Shown piece by piece: positions 1 through 11,270 of a stretch of 64,000 nt of DNA; position 1 is the stretch's first letter; every line of letters starts with the position of its first letter. The translations under genes were made by a program, and so were the position numbers. This stretch comes from a bacterium. Lineage in GTDB: Bacteria > Chloroflexota > Dormibacteria > Aeolococcales > Bog-877. The DNA lies in NCBI GenBank assembly GCA_021802045.1, contig JAKABB010000002.1, forward strand, positions 17,681-81,680, written 5' to 3'. The notes below the pieces were generated by a model, which searched no databases, had not been told where the DNA came from, and saw nothing but the letters and a program-made list of their open reading frames with translations.

Positions 1-236
1 CTTTTGAGGCCCCGAAGACGGCTCGTATGGCCGCGTTCCTGCGGGCGGCGGAGGCCGGACGGCGCGTGCTCTTGGTGACGGGCCACGCTGATGTGGCGCT
101 CGAACGGTCGTGCCGCAACATTCCTGAGTTGCAGCTGCTCCGGGCGCTGAACTTGAACGTCCACGATCTGCTGAGTGCCGACACGGTGTTGGTGACCCGG
201 GACGCCATGCAGCAGGTCGAGGAGCATCTCGGATGA
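1..236 (+). CDS. rplD: 50S ribosomal protein L4, C-terminal part (5' truncated by window)
   Basis: PKT...SCRNIP...LNVHDLL C-terminal L4 motifs; stop overlaps the rplW start (ATGA). Confidence 0.93.
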   Translation, partial: FEAPKTARMAAFLRAAEAGRRVLLVTGHADVALERSCRNIPELQLLRALNLNVHDLLSADTVLVTRDAMQQVEEHLG

Positions 237-538
237 AGCACCCTGCCCAGATCCTGATCCGCCCGGTCGTCAGCGAGAAGTCCTACGCGACGATGACGCA
301 CGGCAACCGGTACATCTTCCAAGTAGCCACCGCCGCCAACAAGATCGAAATCCGCCAGGCGGTACGCGAGGCGTTCAAGGTCAACCCGGTGGCGGTCAAT
401 GTGATCCGGGTTCGCGGGAAGACCCGAACCCGTAGTCGGGGACGGCGTCGCATCGTGGGCAAGAGCCCTGACTGGAAGAAGGCCGTGGTGACGCTGCCGG
501 CCGGCGAGACAATTGCCAACCTGTTCGAGGGCCTCTGA
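233..538 (+). CDS. rplW: 50S ribosomal protein L23
   Basis: [27 protein letters not shown]10 operon position. Confidence 0.97.
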   Translation: MKHPAQILIRPVVSEKSYATMTHGNRYIFQVATAANKIEIRQAVREAFKVNPVAVNVIRVRGKTRTRSRGRRRIVGKSPDWKKAVVTLPAGETIANLFEGL

Positions 539-540
539 CC

Positions 541-1365
541 GTGCCGATCAAGCGCTACGATCCGACCTCCCCTGGGCGCCGGTTCATGTCGGTCAGCAGC
601 TTCGAGGAAGTGACCAAGGATCGCCCGGAGAAGCGCCTGACCAAGGCGCTGCCCAAGCGGGCGGGACGCAATGCGTCTGGCAAGATCACCGTGCGGCACC
701 GCGGCGGTGGACACCGTCGACGCTGGCGGGTCATCGACTTCAAGCGCGACAAGGCCGGAGTGCCGGGGGTGGTGGCGGCCATCGAGTACGATCCCAACCG
801 GAGCGCGCGGATCGCGCTGGTTCATTACGCCGATGGGGACAAGCGCTACATCCTGGCCCCCGACGGGGTTGGCCCGGGCGCCCCGATTCGGGCGGGCGAG
901 GGTAGCGAGATCCGATCGGGCCACTCGATGCCGATCGCGCGCATTCCCCTGGGCACCACGATCCACAACATCGAAGTTCAACTTGGACGGGGGGGACAGC
1001 TGGTCCGGAGCGCCGGCGTGGGCGCGCAATTGCTGGCCAAGGATGGACCGTTGGCCCAGATCAAGATGCCGTCCGGTGAGGTTCGTCGGATCGACATCCG
1101 CTGCAGTGCCACGATCGGCCAGATCGGGAACAGCGATCACGCCAACCAGAACTGGGGCAAGGCGGGGAAGAGCCGGTGGCGCGGTTTCCGCCCGTCGGTG
1201 CGTGGCATGACGATGAACCCGTTCGACCACCCGCACGGGGGGGGAGAGGGGCGGTCCGGGGCTGGTGGGCACCCGCAGACGCCCTGGGGCAAGCCTGCCC
1301 TGGGACACCGGACCCGCCACAACAAGGCCACGGACAAGATGATTGTCCGGCGGCGGAAGAAGTAA
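541..1365 (+). CDS. rplB: 50S ribosomal protein L2
   Basis: [32 protein letters not shown]. Confidence 0.99.
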   Translation: MPIKRYDPTSPGRRFMSVSSFEEVTKDRPEKRLTKALPKRAGRNASGKITVRHRGGGHRRRWRVIDFKRDKAGVPGVVAAIEYDPNRSARIALVHYADGDKRYILAPDGVGPGAPIRAGEGSEIRSGHSMPIARIPLGTTIHNIEVQLGRGGQLVRSAGVGAQLLAKDGPLAQIKMPSGEVRRIDIRCSATIGQIGNSDHANQNWGKAGKSRWRGFRPSVRGMTMNPFDHPHGGGEGRSGAGGHPQTPWGKPALGHRTRHNKATDKMIVRRRKK

Positions 1366-1367
1366 GC

Positions 1368-1652
1368 ATGAGCCGATCACTTAAGAAGGGTCCGTACTGC
1401 GCTCCCAGCCTGCTGAAGCGGGTGGTGGAGATGAACCGGACTCGCGAGCGTCGCCCGATCCGCACATGGTCTCGGCGGAGCGACATCTTTCCGGAGATGG
1501 TGGGGCACACCATTGCGGTCCATGACGGCCGCAAGCACGTGCCTGTCTTCGTGTCTGAGGCCATGGTCGGTCACAAGCTTGGCGAGTTCGCGCCGACCCG
1601 TAAGTTCCGTGGGCACGGTCACCACACCGAGCGCAGCTCGGCCTTGAAGTAG
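1368..1652 (+). CDS. rpsS: 30S ribosomal protein S19
   Basis: MSRSLKKGP...TWSRRS...[16 protein letters not shown] at 1368. Confidence 0.98.
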   Translation: MSRSLKKGPYCAPSLLKRVVEMNRTRERRPIRTWSRRSDIFPEMVGHTIAVHDGRKHVPVFVSEAMVGHKLGEFAPTRKFRGHGHHTERSSALK

Positions 1653-1667
1653 GCAGGGAAGGCGAAG

Positions 1668-2105
1668 ATGGAAGTCACCGCCACGGCGAAGTGGGTGCGG
1701 GTGCCGCCCCGCAAGGCTCGGCTCGTGGGTGCTGTTGTCGAGGGGATGCCGGTCAGTGAGGCGCTGACCGTGCTGGCCTTCATGCCAAAGGCCGCGGCCA
1801 ACGACGTCGCCAAGGTGGTGCGCTCAGCGGCCGCCAACGCCCAGAACAACTTCAACCTGGAAGCGGACCGGCTGCGGCTGACGCGCCTAGAGGTGAACGG
1901 AGGCCCTATCATAAAGCGGTTCCGACCTCGGGCCCGCGGGGCGTACTACAGCGTCTTCAAGCGCACGTGCCATCTGCGAGCCGTGGTGGAGGACACTGTG
2001 GAGCCGGCCCCGCGAGCGGCGCGGCGGCGGACGCGGACCGGGAGCGAGGGCGGCCCCGTGACGCCAGCGGTCACGCCGACCGTGGTCGAGCCCGAGGCGG
2101 AGTAG
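1668..2105 (+). CDS. rplV: 50S ribosomal protein L22 with ~36-aa C-terminal extension
   Basis: [25 protein letters not shown]. Confidence 0.97.
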   Translation: MEVTATAKWVRVPPRKARLVGAVVEGMPVSEALTVLAFMPKAAANDVAKVVRSAAANAQNNFNLEADRLRLTRLEVNGGPIIKRFRPRARGAYYSVFKRTCHLRAVVEDTVEPAPRAARRRTRTGSEGGPVTPAVTPTVVEPEAE

Positions 2106-2116
2106 CAAGGAGTCGC

Positions 2117-3118
2117 ATGGGTCAGAAGGTCCACCCCAACGGGTTCCGCCTCGGCGTCTACCGCAACTGGCAGGCACGCTGGTTCGCAAGTCGCCGGGAG
2201 TACACGAAGCTGCTCCACGAAGACTTGGCCATGCGCCGGCTGATCGGAAGCCGTCTGCGCAATGCGAGCGTCTCGCGCATCGAGATGGAGCGGTCGGCCA
2301 ACCAGCTCACGGTCATCATCCACACCGCCAAGCCGGGCATTGTCATCGGGCGGAGCGGTGCCTCGGTCGATGCGTTGCGGGACAACCTGGAGCGCATCTC
2401 GGGGAAGAAGGTGCGAGTGACCATCCAGGAGATCAAGACTCCGGAGCTGGACGCCCAGCTGGTCGCGGAGTCGGTGGCCAGCCAACTGGAGAAGCGGATT
2501 GCCTTCCGCCGCGCGATCAAGCAGTCCGTGATGCGGTCGATGCGAGCAGGGGCCAAGGGCGTGAAGATCCAGCTCTCGGGACGGCTGGGGGGGGCCGAGA
2601 TGAGCCGGCGGGAGTGGGACCGCGACGGTCGCGTCCCCCTGCACACGCTGCGAGCGGACATCGACTATGGGCAGACGGAGGCCGCCACCACCTTCGGGCG
2701 AATCGGCGTCACTGTCTGGCTGTACCGGGGCGACTTCACGTCGGCCGACGGTGGTCAACCAACCGGGATCGAGGAGCCGGTGCTGGAGCCGCGGGAGCGG
2801 CGGGGCTCGGCCAGCCAGGGGGCGCCGGCCACCGGTCCGACCCCGAGCCCGGCGGCATCGGAGTCCGCGGCCACGTCGCCGGCCACGGTCGTGGCCGCGG
2901 CGCCGGAGTCGGCGGCACCGGTGGATGCCGGTGGCGGCGACGTGGCGCCGACAGGGGTCCGGGCGCCGCGTCGAGCCAGGGCAGCCACCGCCGAGGCGGC
3001 GCCAGCGACGCTGACCGGTCCGGCTGCGACCCCCAGGAAGCGGAGCGTGAGAAAGCCCGCGGACCCGGCGCCCGATGAGACGGCCCCAGCGGCTCCGGTT
3101 GTATCGGAGGAGGGCTGA
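2117..3118 (+). CDS. rpsC: 30S ribosomal protein S3 with ~127-aa Ala/Pro-rich tail
   Basis: [43 protein letters not shown] before ATG 2117. Confidence 0.98.
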   Translation: MGQKVHPNGFRLGVYRNWQARWFASRREYTKLLHEDLAMRRLIGSRLRNASVSRIEMERSANQLTVIIHTAKPGIVIGRSGASVDALRDNLERISGKKVRVTIQEIKTPELDAQLVAESVASQLEKRIAFRRAIKQSVMRSMRAGAKGVKIQLSGRLGGAEMSRREWDRDGRVPLHTLRADIDYGQTEAATTFGRIGVTVWLYRGDFTSADGGQPTGIEEPVLEPRERRGSASQGAPATGPTPSPAASESAATSPATVVAAAPESAAPVDAGGGDVAPTGVRAPRRARAATAEAAPATLTGPAATPRKRSVRKPADPAPDETAPAAPVVSEEG

Positions 3119-3120
3119 CC

Positions 3121-3567
3121 GTGCTGATCCCATCACGACCACGGCATCGCAAGGTGCACCGGGGCCATCGGCGGGGCGCGGCGTATCGGGGCAGCACCTT
3201 GGCCTTCGGCCCGTACGGGCTGCAGGCGCTCGAGGAGTGCTGGATGAGCAATCGCCAGATCGAGTCGGCCCGCCGGGCGATGACGCGGCATGTCCGTCGG
3301 GGCGGCAAGATCTGGATCCGTCTCTTCCCGGACAAGCCGTTCACCAAGAAGCCCGCGGAAACTCGGATGGGATCAGGCAAGGGGGCGCCGGAAGGTTGGG
3401 TGGCAGTGGTCCGGCCAGGGCGAATCCTCTTCGAGATGGACGGTGTCCCGTCGGCCGTCGCGCAGGAGGCCATGCGGTTGGCCTCCCACAAGCTGCCGAT
3501 CCGCACCCGATTCGTGACTCGGATCGAGCCCGGCGTCCAGGCCGCGGACGAGCAGGGGGCGCTGTGA
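3121..3567 (+). CDS. rplP: 50S ribosomal protein L16
   Basis: [25 protein letters not shown]. Confidence 0.98.
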   Translation: MLIPSRPRHRKVHRGHRRGAAYRGSTLAFGPYGLQALEECWMSNRQIESARRAMTRHVRRGGKIWIRLFPDKPFTKKPAETRMGSGKGAPEGWVAVVRPGRILFEMDGVPSAVAQEAMRLASHKLPIRTRFVTRIEPGVQAADEQGAL

Positions 3568-3791
3568 CCAAGTTGCGAGAGGCTCGACAGCAGATCGAGG
3601 AGATGGATGGGATCGCGCTCGCCGAGGGTCTCCTCCAGCGCCGACAGGAGATCCTGCAGCTCCGTCTTCAGCAGGCCACCGGGCAGCTGGAGCACCATCG
3701 TCGGCTCCGCGAGGTGCGGCGAGATGTCGCCCGGATCCTGACACGACAGAGTGCGCTGGAACGCGCCGAGCAATTGGAGGACGGCGCGTGA
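3564..3791 (+). CDS. rpmC: 50S ribosomal protein L29
   Basis: [11 protein letters not shown]...[16 protein letters not shown] overlap with rplP. Confidence 0.93.
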   Translation: MTKLREARQQIEEMDGIALAEGLLQRRQEILQLRLQQATGQLEHHRRLREVRRDVARILTRQSALERAEQLEDGA

Positions 3792-4063
3792 GCGAGACCA
3801 GTGAGGTGGCCCTGCGGTCTAGGCGCAAGGTGCGCGTGGGCGTGGTCACCAGCGATAAGATGGATAAGACCGTGGTAGTCTCGGTGGAGGAGCTGAAGGC
3901 TCATCCCCTCTATCGCAAGGTCCTGCGGCGCCACGCGCGGTTCGCCGCCCACGACGAGACCAACAGCTGTCACCTTGGTGACCGGGTGCGGATCATGGAG
4001 ACCCGCCCCCTCAGCCGCAGCAAACGGTGGCGAGTGGTCGAGATCGTGGAACGGGCGCGCTAG
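3788..4063 (+). CDS. rpsQ: 30S ribosomal protein S17
   Basis: [28 protein letters not shown]. Confidence 0.98.
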   Translation: MSETSEVALRSRRKVRVGVVTSDKMDKTVVVSVEELKAHPLYRKVLRRHARFAAHDETNSCHLGDRVRIMETRPLSRSKRWRVVEIVERAR

Positions 4064-4081
4064 GGACGGGGCCGCAAATCG

Positions 4082-4450
4082 ATGATCCAGCAGGAGACGG
4101 TTCTTAAGGTGGCGGACAACAGCGGGGCGCGCGAGATCCTGTGCATCCGCGTCCTTGGCGGGTCGTACCGGAAGTACGCGTCGGTCGGTGATGTGATCAT
4201 CGCCGCTGTGAAGGCCGCCCAACCCAACACCCAGGTGAAGAAGGGTGATGTGGTCCGGGCGGTGGTGGTCCGGACGGCCAAGGAGTACCACCGCCCCGAC
4301 GGCAGTCAGATCCGCTTCGACGACAATGCCGCGGTCCTCATCAACCCCCAGAACAATCCCCGCGGAACTCGGATCTTCGGGCCGGTGGCGCGGGAGCTGC
4401 GGGAGCGAAACTTCATGAAGATCGTCTCGCTGGCGCCCGAGGTACTGTGA
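4082..4450 (+). CDS. rplN: 50S ribosomal protein L14
   Basis: [29 protein letters not shown]. Confidence 0.99.
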   Translation: MIQQETVLKVADNSGAREILCIRVLGGSYRKYASVGDVIIAAVKAAQPNTQVKKGDVVRAVVVRTAKEYHRPDGSQIRFDDNAAVLINPQNNPRGTRIFGPVARELRERNFMKIVSLAPEVL

Positions 4451-4836
4451 GGGTGGCCACCAAACGTGCCGGACGGGGCGCCACCGGTCGGCGGTCGCCG
4501 CTCGACATCCGGTCGGGCGACACCGTGATGGTGCTTGCCGGTGATGACCGGGGCAAGCGCGGGGTGGTCGAGCGCACGCTGTCCGCGGAGCAGCGGATCG
4601 TGGTCGGCGGGGTGAACCTGCACAAACGCCACCAGCGCTCAGGCGCCAGCCGAGGCGGAACCACCACCATTCAGGGGGGCATCATCGACTTCCCCGCGCC
4701 GATTCATTACAGCAACGTGCGGCTCATCTGTAACCGCTGCCAGCAGCCGACGCGACTGAAGCGTCGGCTGGAGGGAGATGCGTATCTCCCGGTGTGCGCT
4801 CGATGCGGGGAGCGGTACGAGCGGGTGTCGAACTGA
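4447..4836 (+). CDS. rplX: 50S ribosomal protein L24 (C-terminal CxxC-CxxC form)
   Basis: KOW motif [24 protein letters not shown]. Confidence 0.96.
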   Translation: MRVATKRAGRGATGRRSPLDIRSGDTVMVLAGDDRGKRGVVERTLSAEQRIVVGGVNLHKRHQRSGASRGGTTTIQGGIIDFPAPIHYSNVRLICNRCQQPTRLKRRLEGDAYLPVCARCGERYERVSN

Positions 4837-5393
4837 TGGCCGCACCAGCGCCGCGCCTTCGGACAACCTACCAAGAGCAGGTGGTCCCCACCATGATCTC
4901 GGAGTTTCGGTACCTCAACGTGATGCAGGTGCCCAAGGTCCAGCGGGTGGTGGTGAACATCGGAGTAGGGGAGGCCATCCAGAACGCGCGGGCACTCGAT
5001 GCGGCCACCGGTGATCTGCGGCAGATCACTGGACAGCAGCCGGTGGTGGTCCGGGCGAGACGCTCGGTGGCGGCCTTCAAGCTTCGGGAAGGGATGCCGA
5101 TCGGACTGAAGGTTACCCTTCGCGGGGTGAGGATGTACGAGTTCTTGGACAAGGTGATCAACGTGGTCCTGCCACGGATTCGTGACTTCCGTGGCGTCCC
5201 GGCCAAGTTGGACGGGCATGGCAACTTCAGTCTGGGGCTGCGTGAGCAGCTGGTCTTCCCCGAGATCGACTACGACAAGATCGACAAGATCCGAGGGATG
5301 GAGATCACCATCGTGACCACCGCCCGGACCGACGATGAGGGCCGGCGGCTGCTGAGCGAGATGGGCATGCCGTTTAGGCGACAGGAGCGTTAG
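4836..5393 (+). CDS. rplE: 50S ribosomal protein L5
   Basis: [31 protein letters not shown]. Confidence 0.98.
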   Translation: MAAPAPRLRTTYQEQVVPTMISEFRYLNVMQVPKVQRVVVNIGVGEAIQNARALDAATGDLRQITGQQPVVVRARRSVAAFKLREGMPIGLKVTLRGVRMYEFLDKVINVVLPRIRDFRGVPAKLDGHGNFSLGLREQLVFPEIDYDKIDKIRGMEITIVTTARTDDEGRRLLSEMGMPFRRQER

Positions 5394-5396
5394 GGC

Positions 5397-5582
5397 ATGG
5401 CCAAGAAGTCCAAGATCATGAAGAGCCTGCGGCCCGCGGCCTACCCGGTGCAGCAGCACAACCGCTGTGGCGCCTGTGGACGCCCGCGCGGATACATGCG
5501 ACGGTTCGGCCTCTGTCGCATCTGTTTTCGAACGTTCGCCTCGCGGGGGCAGATCCCTGGCGTGCGCAAGTCGAGTTGGTGA
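5397..5582 (+). CDS. rpsZ: 30S ribosomal protein S14, zinc-binding type Z
   Basis: 61 aa; RCGACGRPR...LCRICFR...PGVRKSSW. Confidence 0.97.
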   Translation: MAKKSKIMKSLRPAAYPVQQHNRCGACGRPRGYMRRFGLCRICFRTFASRGQIPGVRKSSW

Positions 5583-5588
5583 ACGCCC

Positions 5589-5984
5589 ATGCTGACTGAT
5601 CCCATCGCGGACATGCTGACCCGGATTCGGAATGCCAATCTCGCTCGGCACCAGCGGGTGGTGATGCCCGCGAGCCGCATGAAGGCGGACATCGCCCGGG
5701 TGCTTCGGGACGAGGGCTACATTCTCGACTTCGGAGAGGAGGGCGAGGGTGTGCTTCGCCGACTGTGGGTCGAACTGAAGCCGCGCACCCCGGAGGGCCA
5801 GGCGCTCAACGGCCTCCGGCGCGTGAGTCGGCCCGGGCTGCGTGTGTACACCGGTCGTCGCGAGATCCCGACGGTGCGGGGCGGTCTGGGCACGGCGGTG
5901 CTCTCCACTCCGGCCGGTGTCATGTCGGATCGTGAAGCCCGCCGGGCTGGTGTGGGCGGCGAAGTCGTCGCTCACGTCTGGTAG
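5589..5984 (+). CDS. rpsH: 30S ribosomal protein S8
   Basis: DPIADMLTRIRNA, RVSRPGLRVY, GGEV. Confidence 0.98.
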   Translation: MLTDPIADMLTRIRNANLARHQRVVMPASRMKADIARVLRDEGYILDFGEEGEGVLRRLWVELKPRTPEGQALNGLRRVSRPGLRVYTGRREIPTVRGGLGTAVLSTPAGVMSDREARRAGVGGEVVAHVW

Positions 5985-5990
5985 CCGCTG

Positions 5991-6539
5991 ATGTCGCGCA
6001 TCGGCCGCTTGCCCATTCCAGTGCCCCAGGGGGTTGAGATCACTGTTTCCGGGGCTGAGGTGACCGTGGTGGGCCCCCGGGGCACCCTGAGTCGCAAGGT
6101 GCCGGCGGCCATGAAGCTTCGACAGGTCGATGGGCAGTTCTTGGTGGAGCGGCCCTCCAATGCCGGTCCGCATCGAGCCCTGCACGGCCTCACCCGGACC
6201 TTGGTTGCCAACATGGTCACGGGGGTGACCGACGGGTACCGGCGCGAGCTGGAGCTGGTCGGAGTCGGGTACCGTGCGTCCAAGCAGGGCGATCACCTGC
6301 AGCTGGCCTTGGGATACTCGCACCCGATGCGCGTGACCCCGCCGGAGGGGATCACCATCGAAGTCCCGGACCCGACCCACATCGCCGTGGGCGGGATCGA
6401 CAAGGAGCAGGTGGGGGGCGTGGCGGCTAAGATTCGGGGGCTGCGGCCTCCCGAGCCCTACAAGGGCAAGGGGGTTCTCTACCGCGGCGAGCGGGTCCGG
6501 CGCAAGGCCGGCAAGAGCGGCAAGGCCGCCAAGAAGTAA
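5991..6539 (+). CDS. rplF: 50S ribosomal protein L6
   Basis: [22 protein letters not shown]. Confidence 0.98.
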   Translation: MSRIGRLPIPVPQGVEITVSGAEVTVVGPRGTLSRKVPAAMKLRQVDGQFLVERPSNAGPHRALHGLTRTLVANMVTGVTDGYRRELELVGVGYRASKQGDHLQLALGYSHPMRVTPPEGITIEVPDPTHIAVGGIDKEQVGGVAAKIRGLRPPEPYKGKGVLYRGERVRRKAGKSGKAAKK

Positions 6540-6557
6540 GAGGAGACCCCCAACGTC

Positions 6558-6917
6558 ATGAAGGCCCCCTTCGATCGGGCGGCGGCCCGGCAGCGGCGGC
6601 ACCGGCGGGTCCGCGGCCGGGTGCAGGGCACCCCCAGCCGGCCGCGTCTGTGCGTGCACCGGAGCCTGCGCCATGTTTACGCCCAGCTCATTGATGACGT
6701 GAGTGGCCGGACCTTGGCTGCCGCCGGAACGGTTGAGGGCTCTCTGGGCCTACGTGGGGTCACAACAGAGACGGCGGCGGCCATCGGCCGGACGCTGGCC
6801 GAGCGTGCCTTGGCGGGCGGGCACCGGGTGGTTGTCTTCGATCGAGCCGGTTACCAATATCATGGCCGGGTGCGGGCGCTGGCGGAAGCCGCCCGAGCTG
6901 CGGGACTGGAGTTCTGA
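6558..6917 (+). CDS. rplR: 50S ribosomal protein L18
   Basis: [24 protein letters not shown]. Confidence 0.97.
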   Translation: MKAPFDRAAARQRRHRRVRGRVQGTPSRPRLCVHRSLRHVYAQLIDDVSGRTLAAAGTVEGSLGLRGVTTETAAAIGRTLAERALAGGHRVVVFDRAGYQYHGRVRALAEAARAAGLEF

Positions 6918-6919
6918 CG

Positions 6920-7468
6920 ATGGCCATGAGTGGTATGCGCGGGGATCGAGACGGCCGCGGCGACCTCGCCGAGCGGGTCGTCAGCCTCAACCGGGTGGCC
7001 AAGGTCGTCAAGGGTGGGCGGCGCTTCTCGTTCAGCGCCCTGGTGGTGGTCGGCGACGGCTCGGGCCGGGTCGGCGCGGGTCTGGGCAAGGCGGGGGAGG
7101 TGCCGGAGGCCATCCGCAAGGGGGTGGAGGACGCCAAGAAGCACCTCGTCTCCGTGCCGATGGTCGGGACCACCATCCCCCACGAGGTGCGGCTCAAGCA
7201 CGGGGCGGCGCGGGTGATGCTCAAGCCGGCCTCGCCGGGGACCGGAGTGATCTCCGGAGGGGCGATGCGCGCCGTTGTCGAACTGGCGGGCATCAAGGAC
7301 ATCCTGACGAAGTCTCTGGGCAGCGACAATCCCATCAATACCGTGCGGGCCACCATCGCCGCCCTCCAGGAACTGCGCCGGGCCGAGACTGTCTCGATGC
7401 TGCGGGGGCGACTTGTCACTACCGCGGCCAGTCGACAGCTGGCGCGCTCGGAACCGGCCCATGACTGA
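6920..7468 (+). CDS. rpsE: 30S ribosomal protein S5
   Basis: [29 protein letters not shown]. Confidence 0.98.
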   Translation: MAMSGMRGDRDGRGDLAERVVSLNRVAKVVKGGRRFSFSALVVVGDGSGRVGAGLGKAGEVPEAIRKGVEDAKKHLVSVPMVGTTIPHEVRLKHGAARVMLKPASPGTGVISGGAMRAVVELAGIKDILTKSLGSDNPINTVRATIAALQELRRAETVSMLRGRLVTTAASRQLARSEPAHD

Positions 7469-7706
7469 CGATCGCCGGCAGTTGAGGATTACCTGGGTCA
7501 AGAGCGGCATCGGGTACGCGGTGGACCAGAAGCGCACCGTGGCCGCCCTTGGCCTGCGCCGGCTGCACCAGGTGGTGGAACATCGGGACACGCCCAGCGT
7601 GCGCGGCATGGTTGCCAAGGTGCGCCACTTGGTGACGGCCGAGGTGATCGACGGTCCATCCGGCGGCGACCGAACCGAGCGCCAAACCCCCAGGAAGGAG
7701 AGCTGA
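7461..7706 (+). CDS. rpmD: 50S ribosomal protein L30 with short C-terminal extension
   Basis: [28 protein letters not shown]. Confidence 0.95.
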   Translation: MTDDRRQLRITWVKSGIGYAVDQKRTVAALGLRRLHQVVEHRDTPSVRGMVAKVRHLVTAEVIDGPSGGDRTERQTPRKES

Positions 7707-7708
7707 CT

Positions 7709-8221
7709 GTGCAGTTGCACGACCTGCGATCTGCGCCCGGTAGCCGCAAGCGACGCACGCGGGTTGGTCGCGGACCCTCTGCCGGGCAGGGCAAGACCAG
7801 CGGCCGAGGCCAGAAGGGGCAGGGCGCGCGCACCTCGTGGAACCTGCCTAGGGCCTTCGAGGGCGGCCAAATGCCACTGTCCCAGCGGGTCCCAAAGCTG
7901 CGGGGATTCTATAACCGCTTCCGGGTCGAGTACTCGGTGGTCAACTGCGTCAAGCTGCGCCGCTTTGCTCCCGGGAGCACTGTCGACCCAGCGGCCCTGG
8001 CTGCGGCCGGATTGATCGCCAGTGAGCGGCGGCGGGTGAAGCTGCTGGCGGTGGGTGAGCCTCCTCAGGGGCTGACGATCCGGGTGCATCGCGCGAGTGG
8101 CGCAGCGCGACGGGCCGTGGAAGCCGCTGGCGGGCGGGTCGATCTCATCGAAGACGGCTCCGCGGTCGCCGCCGAGGTGCCAAAGGGTGACGGCAGCACG
8201 GGGATGACCCCCGCCGACTGA
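7709..8221 (+). CDS. rplO: 50S ribosomal protein L15
   Basis: RVGRG, GKTSGRGQKGQ, FEGGQMPL, PKLRGF. Confidence 0.97.
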   Translation: MQLHDLRSAPGSRKRRTRVGRGPSAGQGKTSGRGQKGQGARTSWNLPRAFEGGQMPLSQRVPKLRGFYNRFRVEYSVVNCVKLRRFAPGSTVDPAALAAAGLIASERRRVKLLAVGEPPQGLTIRVHRASGAARRAVEAAGGRVDLIEDGSAVAAEVPKGDGSTGMTPAD

Positions 8222-9573
8222 TGAACGTCTTCGGCGCCCTCCGCAGCGCCATGGGCGTGCCGGAACTGCGCCGCAAGCTGCTGATCACGATCGGCTTGAT
8301 CTGCGTCTTCCGGCTGCTGGCTTCGATCACCATCCCCGGGGTGAACACGGCCGCACTGCGCCAGCTGTTCCAGAGCAACGGGCTCCTGGGCCTGCTCAAC
8401 CTCTTCTCCGGGAGCGGCTTCGGGACCGGCGGCGCCTTCGCCGGCATTTCCATCGTGGCGCTCGGCCTGAATCCCTACATCAACGCCACCATCATCATGC
8501 AGTTGATGACGGTGGTTTCCACGCGCGTGAAGGAGATGTCCAAGGAAGGCCAGCAGGGAAACACCCGGTTGACGCAGTACGCCCGCTACCTGACGGTCGC
8601 TCTGGCGATGCTGCAGGCGTTCGGGTTCACGCGGCTCTTCGAGAGCTTCACCTTCCAGGGGCAGTCGATCCTCTCACCCACGACGCCGTGGCCGAGCATC
8701 CTCGGAATCATCGTGATTCTGACCGGGGGCACGGTCATCATCATGTGGTTCGGAGAGTTGATCACCGAGTACGGTCTGGGCAACGGGGTCTCGATCATCA
8801 TCATGGCCGGCATCCTGGGCCAGGTCCCCGGCACCGTGCTGGGGTTCACCCACACCGGCCAGCAGGTATTCAGTCTGTTCATGTTCGCCGTCATCGGGGT
8901 GGTGGTCAGCGCCGGCATCATCTTCGTCCAGCAGGCCACCAGGAAGATTCCCATTCAGTCGGCGCAGCGGGTTCTTGGGCAAAAGATCTATCAGGGGCGC
9001 AGTAGCTTCCTGCCCCTGCGCGTCAACCAGGCTGGAGTGATTCCTATCATCTTCGCCATCTCCATCATGTTCTTCCCAACCCTCTTCGGGAACTTTTTCG
9101 CGCCGTCGGTGGGGCACTCAGGCGGCGTCGTGGGCAGCGTGGCCCTGTGGATCCACAACAACTGGAACCCCTTTGGCCCCAGCCTAGTGGTGGACGTCCT
9201 CTACCAGATCTTCTACTTCGTGTTGATCATGGGCTTCACGTTCTTCTACACGGCCGTCACCTTCGACCCGGACGACACAGCTGACAACCTGAAGAAGAAC
9301 GCGGTCTTCATCCCCGGCATTCGTCCTGGACCGGCAACTGCGGAGTACCTCGCCCGCGTTATGGGACGGATCACCCTGGCCGGGGCCATCTTCCTTGGGG
9401 TGATCACGGTGGTCCTCCCCCTGTTGACTGCGTTCCTCACCGGCCAGCAGCCTTCGACCGGACTCTATCTGGGAGGGACCGCCATTCTGATCGTGGTGGG
9501 AGTGTCGCTGGACACCATGAAGCAGCTGGAGACGCAGCTGCTCATGCGGCAGTACCGAGGGTTCATTCGGTGA
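8221..9573 (+). CDS. secY: Preprotein translocase subunit SecY
   Basis: ALGLNPYINATII, GELITEYGLGNG, GVIPIIFA, IPGIRPG; multiple TM helices. Confidence 0.98.
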   Translation: MNVFGALRSAMGVPELRRKLLITIGLICVFRLLASITIPGVNTAALRQLFQSNGLLGLLNLFSGSGFGTGGAFAGISIVALGLNPYINATIIMQLMTVVSTRVKEMSKEGQQGNTRLTQYARYLTVALAMLQAFGFTRLFESFTFQGQSILSPTTPWPSILGIIVILTGGTVIIMWFGELITEYGLGNGVSIIIMAGILGQVPGTVLGFTHTGQQVFSLFMFAVIGVVVSAGIIFVQQATRKIPIQSAQRVLGQKIYQGRSSFLPLRVNQAGVIPIIFAISIMFFPTLFGNFFAPSVGHSGGVVGSVALWIHNNWNPFGPSLVVDVLYQIFYFVLIMGFTFFYTAVTFDPDDTADNLKKNAVFIPGIRPGPATAEYLARVMGRITLAGAIFLGVITVVLPLLTAFLTGQQPSTGLYLGGTAILIVVGVSLDTMKQLETQLLMRQYRGFIR

Positions 9574-10181
9574 CTGACGGTAGGTCGACGCCAGCCGGCC
9601 GGCGGCGGCTGGTGCTGTTCGGGCCGCCCGGGAGTGGAAAGGGCACCCAGGCGCAGCTCCTCGGGGCGCAGACGGGACAGCACCACCTCGCCACCGGCGA
9701 CATCTTGCGGGCGGAGCGGGCTCAGGGCACCGCGCTTGGCGCCCGGGTCGGCGGCTACATGGACCGCGGCGAGCTGGTGCCCGATGAGGTCATCATCTCG
9801 GTCATGGCGGCGCACCTCCAGGGACTGGAGCGGAGGGGTTTCGTCTTCGATGGCTTCCCTCGGACGGTCGCCCAGGCTGAGGCCCTGGACTCGATGCTGG
9901 CGGCGATCAGGCGTCCGTTGCAAGCGGTTGTGGTGCTGGAGGTCCCTGCGGAGGTGCTGGAGCGACGTCTGCTCGGGCGCGCCGAGGTGGAGGGGCGCAG
10001 CGATGACACCCCAGAGACCGTGAGAACGCGGATGCGGATCTACCAGGAGAGCACCGCAGCAGTCCTGGCCTACTACTCGGCCCGGCTCCCGGTGGTCCGG
10101 ATCGACGGGGATCGCCCGGTGGCGCTCGTGCATCGGGCCGTGCTTCAGGCCGTCGGCATATCCATGCCCGACCCTGGGTGA
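9570..10181 (+). CDS. adk: Adenylate kinase (short-LID type)
   Basis: GPPGSGKGTQ, TGDILR, GELVPD, DGFPR, RSDD. Confidence 0.97.
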   Translation: MTDGRSTPAGRRRLVLFGPPGSGKGTQAQLLGAQTGQHHLATGDILRAERAQGTALGARVGGYMDRGELVPDEVIISVMAAHLQGLERRGFVFDGFPRTVAQAEALDSMLAAIRRPLQAVVVLEVPAEVLERRLLGRAEVEGRSDDTPETVRTRMRIYQESTAAVLAYYSARLPVVRIDGDRPVALVHRAVLQAVGISMPDPG

Positions 10182-10930
10182 TCACCCTCAAGCGCCCGGA
10201 GGAGATCGCCGTGATGCGCCAGGCGGGTCGCTACCTCGGGGAGGTACTGGCGGAACTGCGTGAGCTGGTGCGTCCCGGGATCACCACCTTGGACCTGGAC
10301 CGGGCCGCGGATCGAGCCATCCGGCGTCGGGGCTGCATCCCGGGGTTCCTCGGCTACGAGGGGTTCCCTCGCCACCTGTGCATCTCTGTGAATGAGGAGG
10401 TGGTCCACGGGATCCCCGGTCGGCGGCGCCTCCAGGACGGAGACCTGGTCAGCCTCGACTGCGGCCTCGTCCACCAGGGCTGGTGGGCGGATGCCGGCCT
10501 CTCGGTGGGCTGTGGCACCCTGGCCCCGGCCGCTCAGCGGCTGCTGGATGTCACGAACGAGGCCCTGCGCCGGGGCGTGGCCCAGGCCCGTCCGGGGAAC
10601 CGCATCGGGGACATCGGCCACGCGGTCCAGGAGTATGTGGAGGCGCAGGGCTTCGGGGTGGTCCGCCAGTACGTGGGCCACGGCATCGGCCGCGACATGC
10701 ATGAGGAGCCCCAGGTCCCCAACTACGGCCGTCCCGGCCGGGGTGTGGAGATCCGCCGAGGGCTCTGCCTGGCCATCGAGCCCATGGTCAACGAGCGGAG
10801 CCCCGAGACCCGGGTGCAGCCCGATGGGTGGACCGTCGTCACCGCCGATGGGGGGTGGGCCTGCTACGCGGAGCACACGGTGGCCATCACGGACGAGGGC
10901 CCAGAGATCCTGACCCTACCCCCGGACTGA
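10178..10930 (+). CDS. map: Methionine aminopeptidase type I
   Basis: CISVNEEVVHGIP, GHGIG, HEEP, AIEPM, EHTV. Confidence 0.97.
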   Translation: MITLKRPEEIAVMRQAGRYLGEVLAELRELVRPGITTLDLDRAADRAIRRRGCIPGFLGYEGFPRHLCISVNEEVVHGIPGRRRLQDGDLVSLDCGLVHQGWWADAGLSVGCGTLAPAAQRLLDVTNEALRRGVAQARPGNRIGDIGHAVQEYVEAQGFGVVRQYVGHGIGRDMHEEPQVPNYGRPGRGVEIRRGLCLAIEPMVNERSPETRVQPDGWTVVTADGGWACYAEHTVAITDEGPEILTLPPD

Positions 10931-11007
10931 GGTGATGGGAGAGTGCCGGTGGCCCTGTCGGCGGCCGGTCCCGTATACTAGCGGCCAGGGTTCCGGTCAC
11001 CCGGCCA

Positions 11008-11232
11008 GTGATGCGCGCCATGCGAGTTGATGGCGGCGTCGAGGGACGGGTCCTGGAGCCTTTGCCGAACGCGCTCTTTCGGGTAGAGTTGGACGGCGGG
11101 CAGCGGATCTTGGCGCACGCCGCCGGGAGGGCCCGTCTCGCCAGCGTCCGAATCCTTCCTGGGGACCGGGTCTTGGTCGCACGGTCGACCGCGGACCCGG
11201 GCCGGGGGCGGATCCTGGCCCGACTGGCATGA
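11008..11232 (+). CDS. infA: Translation initiation factor IF-1 (divergent)
   Basis: [30 protein letters not shown]; sits between map and rpmJ; start uncertain. Confidence 0.8.
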   Translation: MMRAMRVDGGVEGRVLEPLPNALFRVELDGGQRILAHAAGRARLASVRILPGDRVLVARSTADPGRGRILARLA

Positions 11233-11270
11233 TCGGGACGGATGGACTCACGAACACGGGTAGAGAGCTG

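Noticed and set aside
4729..4810. CxxC-CxxC in L24 (also zinc motifs in S14, S4, L36)
   Set aside because: Known zinc-binding forms of these ribosomal proteins
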